Part shown: positions 25,301-37,019 of the stretch, one piece after another
Position numbering within the stretch: position 1 is the stretch's first letter
How the letters are laid out: each line of letters starts with the position of its first letter
Source: Mobula hypostoma
Taxonomy: Eukaryota
Assembly: GCF_963921235.1 (NCBI RefSeq)
Contig: NC_086097.1
Span: 126,916,001-126,980,000 of the forward strand
Direction of reading: 5' to 3'
Length of the DNA: 64,000 bases
Translations under genes and position numbers: made by a program
The notes under the pieces: generated by a model
The model's database searches: none
The model's input: the letters and a program-made list of their open reading frames with translations, nothing else
Told to the model about the DNA's origin: nothing

Positions 25301-26000
25301 GTTTTGTTAAGATTAGATTCTGTGTTAGTTTTATTTTTGAAGCAAATGCCGGATTAGCTCCAAATGGAGGGTCCTCATTTTGAGAATGATTTGTCTCACG
25401 GTGTCACTTGGTTGAGCTACCTCTGTGTAAGCTCTTGTTTCTGTCTCTACATGGAAGTCTTTGGCTCCGATATTGGCAGCGCACACCATGGCACATACTA
25501 CCAGCGTCACTGAAGGACATCTTGGACAAGTCCTTCATTCGTGACTTCCAGCGAAAAGCAGTCTGTGGCGCCTCAGGGGCTGTGCCTAGAGAGGGGGGTC
25601 CTGTCACAACCACGGATTCGGCAATTGTGCTTGTGAATATGTACGTTTCAGCTATCATTTCATTGTGATAGTATTTAACTCCATTCATTCTGTCATAGTA
25701 TTTGTCGAGACTTGGACATAGCTAAGCTTCGTTATCTGCATTCCGCCTTGCCTGAGAAATTGGACTGTTGAGTCAACCGACTTGGAAGACTAGCGGTATT
25801 CGTTTTATTTTTAGTTGTTCTTTTCAGCCGCAGTGTAGGCTTTGTTTTCCATTTGACTGTTTTAGTCAACGGCCCTGTTTGGCCTAGTGTTTATTGTTTT
25901 CTTTTTCCCTTTAACATTGCTTGCATTGAAGTCTGTGAAATACCAGCCCACTTTAGTGTCTCTCACTCTGCACTTGGGCCATGTCTGAACCTCGGTGACA
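22360..26000 (+). mobile_element. Internally deleted Gypsy element (sushi/chromovirus-like) with two ~400-bp LTRs
   Basis: LTRs 22360-22760 and 25602-26000 (TGTCAC...GTGAC[T/A]); perfect ccatt TSD; PPT agagaggggggtcc; MDPA start after the 5' LTR; KDILDKSFIRDFQR just before the PPT. Confidence 0.85.
23524..24107 (+). mobile_element. Young Rex1/L2-like LINE 3' fragment nested in the LTR element
   Basis: KFGLSP...FYRCTVESILLGCITTWYG...LPSGRRLRS...SFFPTVIRLLN; aataaagtataaagta tail; ttgaaa at both ends. Confidence 0.85.
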
Positions 26001-26329
26001 CCATTGGTTGAACCTTCCGGTTGGTGAGTTCCAGGATCAGAGGTCTGTCGGGGCAAGAGACACAAGGACTGGTGACTCTTGCCCCTCTTTCCCCCCCCCC
26101 CACCCCACCCCAGGTTGGCAAGTTCCCGGGCAGAGGTCTGTGCAAGTCCCGAATTTAAGGCAGAGTTCAAAGTCCTGTGATTGGTGAGTCAGGTGGTCAA
26201 TACCAGAGGTCGAAGTCCGAAGGTCAGTGAAGGTGAGACTGGAGTTGAGGCCCAAAGGTTGAAGATAAAACTTGGAACCTGAGACCGAATAGTTAAAGCC
26301 GCTGGGTTGATGTTTCCGGAAGTCAGAGG

Positions 26330-29300
26330 TGTTTTAATGTGAGCATTATTAAAAGTAAGTTAATACTAATTAGGATAATGGGGGGGGGTTTTACTTCCGG
26401 TGCTCTGTATATTGCGTTCTTGCCATGCTGTACGGGTTGTGAAAGCCTCTGTGTGTACATAACGGTCTGACGTTCGAGATAAAGTTGTTTCTTTGGGCAT
26501 GAAGTTGTCGAGTGTGCCTTTTTCAAAGTAGAAGTTACTACATATTTTTGGTGACGAGGTAAACTGGCTTTGTGAATGTATTGGCACGTTTTTCGAACGG
26601 GAGCTTCGTGTTTCAGATGGCTACGTTTGGAACTATCAGGGAATTTCTGGAAGGAAACGAGGACTGGCCGGAGTATGAGGAAAGGTTGGGACACTTTTTC
26701 TGTGCTAATGGAATTACTGAGGAGGCTAAGAAGCACTCTATTCTCCTGAGTGTGTGTGGAGCAAAGACTTACAAGCCTATAAGGAATTTAGCCGTAACGC
26801 GGAAACGGGGGGACATTCCATATGACGAACCGATCAAGCTCGTGGGGAACCACAACAATCTGAAACCTTCTGTGATAGTCCAATGGTGTAGGTTTCTCAG
26901 CCGTTTCAGGAAGCCGTTTCAGTCTGTGGCCAATTTCGTGGCCGAGCTTCGGCAGCTGTCAGAGCATTGCGATTTCGGAGCGGTGTTGGATGACATGCTC
27001 CGTGATCGATTGGTATGCGGCATTAATAATGATGGCATACAACGCCGCCTATTAGGGGAAACCCCACCGTTGACTTTCAAGAAAGCCTTAGAGATTGCCC
27101 AAGGCATGGAGCTGGCTGCAAATAATGTCAAGGATATCCAGAAAGGACATGGGGGGGGGTCGCAGTCGCTGGCAGTGCACCAAGTCAGGATGGAGACTGG
27201 TAAACAGGCAAAGCGGGTGGAATGTTTCCGGTGTGGAGGTACGCACTATGCAAATGATTGCAAATTCAAAGTCACTGTCTGCCATGCTTGTAGCAAAAAG
27301 GGACACTTAGCTAAAAAGTGCAGAAGTTCAAAGGGTAAAGTTAAGCCTGGGCGGGGGAAAGCTCAACAGGCTCAGGCAGCCACACACCATCTAGAAGAAG
27401 CAGATGAAGAGGCAGCGTGTGCCTATAACATGTTTGCAGTGGAAACAGATGAAGAACCACCTGAACCATATTATGCCAGTCACTGTCAGGGGAAAGGACA
27501 TTAAGTTTGAGATTGATTCGGGGACTACTGCATTGGTCATTAGTGAGGAGACCTACAGGAGGACATGGGGGTCCAACCTGCCTCCCATTAGACTGTCAAA
27601 GCTCAAACTTTAGGACCTATACGGGGCAGCCCATACCTCATTTAGGGGTGTTATATGTGGACATTTCAGCCGGGGGTCAGAAGGCTGAAGCCAGGCTAGT
27701 GATAGCTAAGGACAGGGGACCCAGTCTTTTGGGTCGCGATTGGCTTTGCAAAATCTGGCTAAACTGGCATGAAATTAACTATGCACACATGACGGAGGAC
27801 ATTCTGCAGTGGTACAGTGATGTTTTCAGGGACAACCTGGGCACACTGAAGGGCGTGACAGTAAAACTCCATGTTGACCCTGGGGCTACGCCACATTTTT
27901 TTTAAGCCCAGGTTGGTGCCCTATGCCATGAAGGCAAAGTTGAGGAGGAGCTGGAACGTTTACAGAGGCTGGGTATTATTGTGCCTGTCCAGTTTTCAAG
28001 GTGGGCGGCTCCCATTGTCCCAGTTTTGAAGGCAGACAAAACGGAGGATATATGGGGATTATAAGCTTACTGTGAATCAGGTCTCTAGGCTGGAGGAGTA
28101 CCCATTGTCACGGGTGGATGACCTGTTTGCAACCCTGTTGGGGGTAAGCTGTTCACAAAGCTGGACATGAGCCATGCCTACCATCAGCTGCTACTCGATG
28201 AGGATTCAAAGGAGTACATCACAATTAATACACACAAGGGATTATTCAAGTACAATCGCCTGGTATTTGGAGTGGCATCCAGCCCTGCCATTTTCCAAAG
28301 GACAGTGGACACTTTGCTGCAAGGGATTCCACACGTAGCAGTGTACCTTGATGATATTTTGATCACGGGGGCGAGGAGGTGGAGCATCTGGCTAATTTAG
28401 GACGGGTGCTGTAGAGGCTCTCAGACGCAGGGCTGCGGTTGAAATGCGGAAAATGTGTGTTCCTGGCATCGAGTGTGACTTTCCTGGGACACAAGATCAC
28501 CGCCCCCCAACCATAGACAAACTTAGGCAAGTGGTTGCAGTCCGCGGGTTGCCTGACACTCTGGTCACTGATAATGGCCCAATGTTCACCAGTGAGCTGT
28601 TCAGTGAGTTCATGCAGCAGAATGGCATTCATCACATTCAGACGGCCCCTTTCCACCCAGCCTCCAATGGTTTGGCTGAGCGGCTGTTCAGACAGTGAAG
28701 GAAAGCCTGAAGCGGATGACAATGGGACTCTTAGCATTCAGCTTTCACATTTCCTGTTTCAATACCGCCTCACACCACAGACTATGACTGCCCGCACTCC
28801 CGCAGAGATGCTGATCGGGCATAGCCCCAAGTTAAGATTGGACCTGCTGCGCCCAGACGTGAAGGCAAAAGTGGAGAGAAAGCAGGAAAAGCAGAAGGAG
28901 GGACATGATCAACATGTGCGAGAGAGAAAGTTAAAACCGGATGGCAATGACTATTTGAGAAACAATCAGCAATGGCTGCCTGGGGTTATTCTCGAGCAGA
29001 GTGGTCCCGTCTCCTATGTTGTTAAGCTGACTGATGGGCGTGTTTTCCACAAACATCAGGACCATGTGCGCCTGCAACATGATACCGGCTCAGAGGCAGA
29101 CAGTTCCATGGAGTTTCCATTTGTGAGACAGACTACGGTGGGGCAGGTCCACCAGCGACTTTGCCAGAGGGCGAGACACTGGCAGAGGGGTCGGGGTCCC
29201 CTGAGGAGGATGGACATTCTCACACAGACCCCTCTCACACAGACCCCGCCTCCAAAACCAGATCCACCCAAAACACCCTCACCAGCGGTGCCTGCTGGGT

Positions 29301-29744
29301 CACCGGGGGTAGTGCACAGACCACAGATCACAGACAGACTGAATCTTCGACGGGACAGTTGCTTTTTTGTTGTTGTTAGATTGAATGTTGAATCTGTCAT
29401 GGTTTCCAGATGTTTTGTATTGGTAAACTGTTGCTGAGATACTAGTATAAGTTTTCAGGGGTACGCAAGTTAATAACACCACTGCTTTTGGGGATGTTGG
29501 ATTTTAAAGGGGGAGAAGTGCTGTAGTGTGAGCATTATTAAAAGTAAGTTAATACTAATTAGGATAATGGGGGGTTTTACTTCCGTTCTTTTTCACTTCC
29601 TGTGTGTTTGTATATAGTGTTCCTGCCATGCCGTACGGGTTGTGAAAGCCTCTGTATATACATAACGGTTTTGACGTTCGAGATAAAGTTGTTTCTATGG
29701 GTGTGAAGTTGTCGAGTGTGCCTTTCAAAGTAGAAGTTACTACA
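26330..29744 (+). mobile_element. Gypsy (Mag-like) LTR retrotransposon, decayed, with an internal deletion
   Basis: LTRs 26330-26542 and 29519-29744; PBS tggtgacgagg (26549-26559, tRNA-Ser-like); PPT aaagggggagaag; TSD agagg/ggagg. Confidence 0.93.
26617..29100 (+). pseudogene. gag-pol remnant: Gag with two Zn knuckles, protease, RT, partial integrase
   Basis: CFRCGGTHYANDC and CHACSKKGHLAKKC; FEIDSG; VYLDD; VTDNGP...HPASNGLAER; several frameshifts. Confidence 0.92.
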
Positions 29745-29759
29745 GGAGGTTTGATGCCT

Positions 29760-29799
29760 GCGACCCTGAGTCTAGGCCCGCGACCCTGAGTCTAGGCCC
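29760..29799. repeat. 20-bp tandem duplication
   Basis: gcgaccctgagtctaggccc twice. Confidence 0.9.
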
Positions 29800-32700
29800 A
29801 ATGTCTAAGAGGTCTGGGGGTCAGCAGATATCCCACCCTGCAAAAACTCATTTCAGGGAGGTAGCACCATCAATTTGCGGGAGACTCCCAGAGCTTCCAG
29901 GAGAGGTGGGATGTCTGGGTCAGGGATTCCAGAGGCGACCTGTCCCAGGTTGGAGGCCTGCCTGTGTGTGTGAGTGGGAGGGAGGAAAGGGCTTGTTTTG
30001 AATCTTTGTTTTGTTGCTGTTATGGTATTTTGTTGTTCTGCTAAACATTGTGGGCATGTTATATTGGCACAAGAATGTGTGGCAACACTTGAAGGTAGTC
30101 CCCAGCACATCCTTGGCTGTATTAGTTGTTAAGGTAAGTGACACATTTCACAGTATTCTTTGATGTAATGTACATGTGATAAATAAATGAATCTGAAACT
30201 GAATCAGTTATGCAGGCTAAAGTTCCCCAGAGAAGAATGAAAGGCTTTGAACTAATAAATATTTGTGTAAATTTACCATTGCTTTACATAGACCAAGCAC
30301 GTATGGTAAATAGAATGTTATGAATAGTACAGAGGAAGCAGTGTCACTTTTAATACAGTCCTTTTGTTTTCTAAAGTGCTGTTTTATTTAAATTGTGAGA
30401 AATTAAAGTAGTGATATAGATCAAATGAAGTCATTTTGAAATGTCATGCCCTCTGCCTTTATCCTGCATACGCTCTTAGGAACAAATCTTCTAGTACATG
30501 AGGCAAGTGGTAATCTTTCATCAAGAACTTAAAGTGAGGTTACATCCTACTCTAACAGTTTTATATTCACGATGATTCATTTCCACAAACTATGAAACAA
30601 TGTCTCCACTAAATGCATTCTGCTGTTGATAAATTGTATTGCTGACTACTGAATCTTTAGTTGGTGTATTCCACAACGTAGTAGGTAGAAAGAGGTTTGT
30701 GTCTATGCATCTAAATTAAGCGAGACTGAAACAGAGGTTTTGTATTTCATAATGAATGGCTTATTTTATTGCTTTACTTAAGCATTTTTTTAAAGTGACT
30801 CTGTAGTGAGCACTGAAAGTCCAGACATCCTGAAATAATATGGCAGACACAAGGATGGGGATACATTGGTCCACTGATTAAGCAGCTTCAGCAGTGTTAC
30901 ATCTGTGGTGTTTGCTGCTCCTAAAACATGTTCATTGCTCATAAAATACTAATGCAGAATTGGTACATGTGCCTACTTTGAATTTATAATCACGCTGAAT
31001 CCATTGATGTACAGTGTAACAGAAAGAGCAGTGGTCCTAACACAAGCCAGGGAAAATACGACTGCATAATGAAAACCTTGAACCTGAATGGAAACAGTGT
31101 GTGATTGGGAGCATGAGGTGAAGATCGGAAATCAGGAAACAAACTCTGAAGAGTTGATCTTCTAGGGATTGTTGCATTCAGAGAGTTCTTCAAGGGTGTA
31201 TTTCTGGAGGTGGGATGTCTGCTATCACAGATGCTGCAGGAAACAAGGAAGGAGCAGAGCAATCTTGGACTAAGTTCTGGGAAATAGGCTAGGGGAAGTG
31301 GAATACCTGACTAAAATTGCTTGTAATTTAAAACTGGGGTTCCCACCCTTTTTGAATGAAATGTTAATTTGTTCACATTTGATAAAATAAACATGCATGT
31401 TGCAATCCCATGCTCCCCCCATCGTGAACATCTGGTGACATCTTGAGCTAGGTCTTTTAAGATGTTGCGGTTGTCTTCAGGAGTCCTGCTTCTTCCAGGA
31501 GCTCAGGAAGCCAGCATGCCTGCTGTGTTTTTAGTTATTTTCTTCAAACATAGATGATTTATACGGGTCTTGAGGAGTGGATTTAGGAATGGTATTCCTC
31601 CTGGTTGATTTATCTATAATCAGGTTGTGGGCGGGGCGGGGGGGGGGAGTTGTCCACAGTAGATGGTTTGTTAGCAGAATAATTGAGCTGGTTTAAAAAA
31701 AAACAAATGGCAATTGTGGTTCAACTACACAAGAAATATTTTCCTGGGAAGATGTACAGTATGCTGTGATTGCCAAAAAAAAACAAAAGAACAACTGGTA
31801 ACTCAGAATAAATGTCATGTTGGCTTTTTAATAAAAGTAATATTCCATAAAGTACAGGAAGGATTGAAATATTTAATTTAATGGACAGATTGAATATTAA
31901 CATTTGACTTTAATTTGAATCCCAGAATAAAAATAGTGTGTGGTTGGCTAATGGAACAGTTTGGCCTAGAAAGAGTCCAAGGAGAAATCTTCATTTAGGG
32001 ACAAAGGATGTGGCTAATTATTATAAAATACTTTACAGTTTTTGATCAGAAAGGAAGCAGAATTTGGCTTCCACTTTGATTTTAGCATTGTGTTGGTTAG
32101 GTTTCGGATCTGCTACACAAATGCAGGCGATTTCCAGGCTGTGATCTGCTGTTGGACAGAACATCCAAATGGCCACGCAAAGTTTGCTGAGATTTACATA
32201 TTTCTATCCATAAGCTCTCTACCTTTCAAGGGAAGGAAATGGGATCACAAGTAAAGTTGCATTATTTGTGTTTGCAGTAGTGTGTTTATTGTTTAACAAT
32301 ATTTTCAAGTTTACAGATCCACCTTTACTTTTGAAATCTTTATTATTAATATTTTATTTAACATATTTAAATGATTTAGTAGCTGGCAACTCTTACAGGT
32401 CAAAGCTGGGGGAGCGTGCAAGGCTTTATTGTTTGTCAAAGGCTGTCAGCGGAGTTTTGTGGGTGGGGTTGACAGCCTGACTTGAATACATCACTTGAGA
32501 CTCTGTTGCCTCTTGAGGTGCACTCTTTGGCTTCATAAATGCATACAAAAAATGAATCTCTAGTATAACTGTAACATATATGTTCTTTGATAATAAATTT
32601 ACTTTGAATTTTGAATGAGGGCTACCTGAGCCAACATAATCAGCCTTTCAGATCCAGACAAGGATAATTGGGATAGATAGAGTAAATCATAGGGGACTGC

Positions 32701-32823
32701 ACATGGCAGATCCCGACTAGATAGACAGCTAGTACAACAGTATACAGTAAGAGTCTTACACTAAAATAGTAATAGAGAGAATGAATATTGGATGATTAGC
32801 ATTATTGAAAGTTGGTAAGTCAC

Positions 32824-33256
32824 TGTATTGGAGGGGTCGTGACTGTCTCGTGACAACACCTCCCATTTACCTGGTCAGAAGACACGCCACCTGCCAATCA
32901 AGGTTTGACCCCTCCTCGCCCATCAATGCACACCTAACCATTGGCCCCTTTAATTAGGCTTGTACTTGACCTCGGGCAATTGGCCTTTGTAATCAGCTTA
33001 ACCCTGCTGGCACCGAGCCATTGGCTTCCCTGTGAATCACCTGGGCTGGACTCATCAGCCCTGCTGCACTATAAAGGAAGCCACATGTGCTTGACCCTTT
33101 CTCTTTTTTTGCTACCTCCGAGGGACCACCCTGCCATTGGTGAGTTGTGCATTGAATAGGGTTAGGGGTGTGGGTATCGTCCCTAATATCATAAGAGCCG
33201 TGCCCACACAGAGTCAAGGGTGTCGGGTGTCGTAGTGACTTTTCCCTTGGTTGTGT

Positions 33257-33305
<49 letters not shown>

Positions 33306-33505
33306 CGCGCATGTACTTTGTTCCCACATGATTTTATTAACTGTCCACGTGTGTTTTATTGCTAATCCGACTACTGTAAATTGTGTGCGTGTTGCTTCTG
33401 TTGCCATTTTCACAAGTTTGCCTTCTGTAAATAAAATCCTTTACTACCAAGACTGTGTCCAGAGTCCTCGCCTTTGAGACCTATTGAATCTGTTTCCTCA
33501 CAATA
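32824..33505 (+). mobile_element. Solo LTR inserted in a CR1 remnant
   Basis: gtcac TSD (32819-32823 and 33506-33510); tgtattg...caata ends; TATAAA near 33070; AATAAA near 33430; the host reads gtaagtcac|ctggtcc. Confidence 0.75.
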
Positions 33506-33799
33506 GTCACCTGGTCCAAATAAAATGCATTCAAGACTTTTAGATAGAAGAAGAAGTTGAAAAAGCAGTGGAATTAACAATACCCTTCCATCTTCATTTC
33601 CTATGAGAACAGTTCGGGGGTGTTGCTGAAGTTGTTGTGCTGAATCAGAAATGAGAGGGAGGAAAGAATAGAAAACGATAGGCCAGTTAGATGATGAAAG
33701 TTATTGAGGACCATAATCAGGGTCAACTAAATTTTCATTCCAAATGATGTAGGATGGTCAAGGAGAGCCCGTGTGATTTGTTGGGGGGTAAATAAACTA

Positions 33800-34312
33800 C
33801 ACTCAGTGGGCACTTTATTAGGTACAGGAGTGAAACCCGGTGTGGTCTTCTGCTGCTGTAGCCCATCCACTTCAAGATTCGAAGTGTGTGTTCAGAGACG
33901 CTCTACTGCACACCTCTGTTGTAATGCGTGGTTATTTGAGTTACTGTCGCCTTCCTGTCAGCTTGAACCATTCTGACATTTCTCTTCTGACCTCTCTCAT
34001 TAACAAGGTGTTTTCTCCTACAGAACTGTCACTCACTGAAAGCTTTTAGTTTCTCAACCATTTTCTGCAAACTCTCCAGACGGTTGTGCCTGAAAATCCA
34101 AGGAGATCAGCAGTTTCTCAGATACTCAAACTACCCCATCTGGCACCAACAATCATTTCACAATCAAAGACTCTTAGATCTCATTTCTTCTCCATTCTAA
34201 TGTCCGGTCTTTACTATGGCTGCATGCTTTTATGCATTGAGTTGCCACATGATTGACAGATTAGATATTTGCATTAACAAGCAGGTGTACCTAATACAGT
34301 GGCTACTGAGTG
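33800..34312. mobile_element. Tc1/mariner-type MITE
   Basis: TA-cactcagtgggcactttattaggtaca ... tgtacctaatacagtggctactgagtg-TA. Confidence 0.88.
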
Positions 34313-35289
34313 TATATCTAAGTGATTTGATGATTTTTTTTAGATATTCAGAAAAAGTTGATGAGGGTGATGGGATTTTTTTGTGTATGCCAAATAAGTG
34401 CTATTGGAATCTTATTGAGAAGTTTGAAGCCTGTGGGATTTTTTTCCTATTTCTTCTTAAGGTAAAGATGGCAATGGCTGTATTTATTATCTATTCCTAA
34501 ATTGACTACAGGCTGAGGAAACAGTTATGAGTCAGCTAGATGGATGTGCATGAAATCACATATGGGCCAGAAAGGCAAGGGTGATGGGTTTCTTCATTGG
34601 CCCTCTATCAGTGAACCAGCCGGGGTTTTGTGATTATCCAGCAGCTTTACGATTACTATTACTGAGAAGAGCATATTAAATTCCAGATTTATTTCATTAC
34701 TTGAATTTAAATTACTCAGAAGTTAAATTCATTGGATTCCCGCCAGTGGAAGCATAGACCAGAAGTGGCTGTCCAATAACTTAACCATTATAACACCATA
34801 CCCCTGAATTGCAGGGAAGGAAGACAATGTCTTTTTCCTAGGATGGAAATGTACTAGAGGGTACAGTTCTGAGGTGAGAGAGGAGAAGTCTCCAGGAGAT
34901 TTTGGGCAGGATTTTTATACCAAGCAGCAGGTGCCTGTTTGAGGTGGTTGTGGCAGCAGATATGATAGCGGTGTTTAAGAAGCGTATAGGTAGACAGGTG
35001 GACTTGCAGGGAATGGAACGATATGGATAGATCATGTACAGGCAGATATACAGTTTAAACTGTTATCATGGTCAGCACAGTTGCCTCGGGTGAAGGCTCT
35101 TTTTGCCATGTATTGCTTACTCTGTATTCCGCAAAGCGCAAAGTGGTGGTGAATTTCTGCGGGGAAAGGGACTGAAGTGGTGGTCTGAACATTTTGATGC
35201 AATACTCTTTTGGAATATAAAAATAAAAAAAAAACAACAAGAGCAAGAGTAGACCACTCAGCTCCTTAAGTGTGAATGATGGTGAGGGA

Positions 35290-35407
35290 GAGTCTCAGCC
35301 CGAAACACCGATCGTTCATTCCCATCAATAAATGCTGCCCGACCTGCTGTTTGCCCAGCATTTTGTGTGTGTTACTCTACTTCCTGCATCTGTAGAATCT
35401 CTTGTCT
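35290..35407 (+). mobile_element. Penelope pLTR 3'/tail fragment with a truncated hammerhead
   Basis: gtctcagcccgaaacacc...atgctgcccgacctgctg...ccagcattttgtgtgt...gcatctgtagaatctcttgt. Confidence 0.7.
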
Positions 35408-35414
35408 ACCTAGC

Positions 35415-36150
35415 TGCAGGGATCAGTATTGGGTCCACTACTTTTCATGTTACATGTTAATGATCTAATTGATGCAGTGGATGATTTTTGTCGCCAGGCT
35501 TGTGGGTGATACAAAGATAGGTGAAATGGCAGTGTTGAGGAAGCAAGGTGTCTGCAGAAGGATTTGAACAGATCAGGAGAGTGGACAAGGAGGCGGCAGA
35601 TGGGATAGAGTGTAGGGAAGTATATGTTCATGCAGTTTGGTAGGAGGAATGATGGTATATACTATCTCTAAATGGTGGGTGAATTCCGAAATCAGAGGTG
35701 CAAAGGGACTTCGGAGTCCTTGTGCAGGATTCCCTAAAGGTTAACTTGCAGGTTGAGTCGGTGGTAAGGAAGGTAAGTAAAATGTTAGCAGTAGTTTCAA
35801 AAGGACTAGAATATAGCGCCGAGGTTTCACAAGGCATTGGCTGGCCCCTTATCTGAGAATGTTCCGGGGAATAAAAGGGTTAATGTATGAGGAGCCTTTA
35901 ATGGCTCTGGCTGGAACTCACTGACGTTTTGAAGAATGAGGAGGGAATCTCATTGAAACCTTTCGAATATTGAGTGGATGTGGAGAGGATGTTTCCTATA
36001 GTGGGGGAGTCTAGACCAGAGGGCACAACCTCAGAATGCACATGATAACACTGCTAGGAAGGAAGTTATGAATTTGGAAGGATCATCAAATTTCCTTAAT
36101 TATGAGGTTAACCAAATGGCCTAATTCTGCTTCAATGTCTTATGGTCCAA
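35415..36150 (+). mobile_element. Decayed CR1 RT/3' fragment
   Basis: Similar to 40590-41645 (gattccctaaaggttaacttgcaggttgagtc). Confidence 0.8.
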
Positions 36151-36164
36151 ATGATGAAAACTTA

Positions 36165-36425
36165 GTGGGATGGTACCGAAGCGTAACGCTTTATAGTACC
36201 TGGGTTCAATTCCTACTACTGCTGGTAGTAAGGAGTTTGTACCCATCTCCCCCTCCCATGACCACATGCATTTCCTCCCACAGTCCAAAGACATATCGCT
36301 TGTTAGGTTAATTGGTCATTGTAAATTGTCCTGTGATTAGGCTTGGGTTAAATTGGGGGATTGCTGGGTGATGTGGCTTGAAGGACCAGAAGGACCTACT
36401 CCATGCTGTATCTCACTAAATAAAG
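36165..36425 (+). mobile_element. V-SINE/HE1-like SINE
   Basis: gggttcaattcc B box; ctcccacagtccaaagacat...ggttaattggtcattgtaaattg core. Confidence 0.7.
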
Positions 36426-36439
36426 AAAGAAAAGAACAA

Positions 36440-36730
36440 ATTTGTTTGTAGGGTTGTTCGCCAAGCCTGGAGGTTAGGTTGCAGACGTTTCGTCGCCAGT
36501 CGAGATGACACCATCAGTGCGCAGTTGTGTTGTTTCTGCCGAGTGCTGGCGCTTATATTGATCTGGCTCATTGTTCTGATTGGTTGGCTGTCACACTTGC
36601 CGCTAGTCTTTGCTGGGTCCTGGCCAACCAGATAGCTGAGTGATCTCTGCTTCCTGGTTATCAGTCGTTGTGAGCTTTGGTTCCTCGGGTGTCTGTGGCC
36701 CACCCCTCATCCTCCATCCCACAGACACAC
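36440..36730 (-). mobile_element. Fragment of a second Penelope family with a different hammerhead
   Basis: Minus strand 36481-36520 reads gca-CTGATGG-tgtcatctcgactggcgac-GAAA-C-GTC-tgc. Confidence 0.6.
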
Positions 36731-37019
36731 TGGTTCGTAAATTGAAAAGAACAGATTTCCATAAGGCCTTAAGACATTGGAGCATAGCTAAGCCATTCGG
36801 CCCATCAAGTCTGCTCTGCCAGTCATTCAATTTATTATCCCTCTCAACTCAATTCTCTTGCCTTCTCCCCATAACTTCTAACGCCCTTACTAATCAAGAA
36901 CTTATCAACCTCCACTTTAAATATAACCAATGACTTGGCCTCCATAACCACCTGTGGCAATAAATTTCACAGATTCACCGCCTTCTGGCTAAACAAATTT
37001 TTCCTCATCTCGGTTCTAA

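Noticed and set aside
28535..29437. 300-aa ORF as a domesticated gene
   Set aside because: It is a frameshift chimera of the decayed integrase C-terminus within a TSD-flanked Gypsy element.
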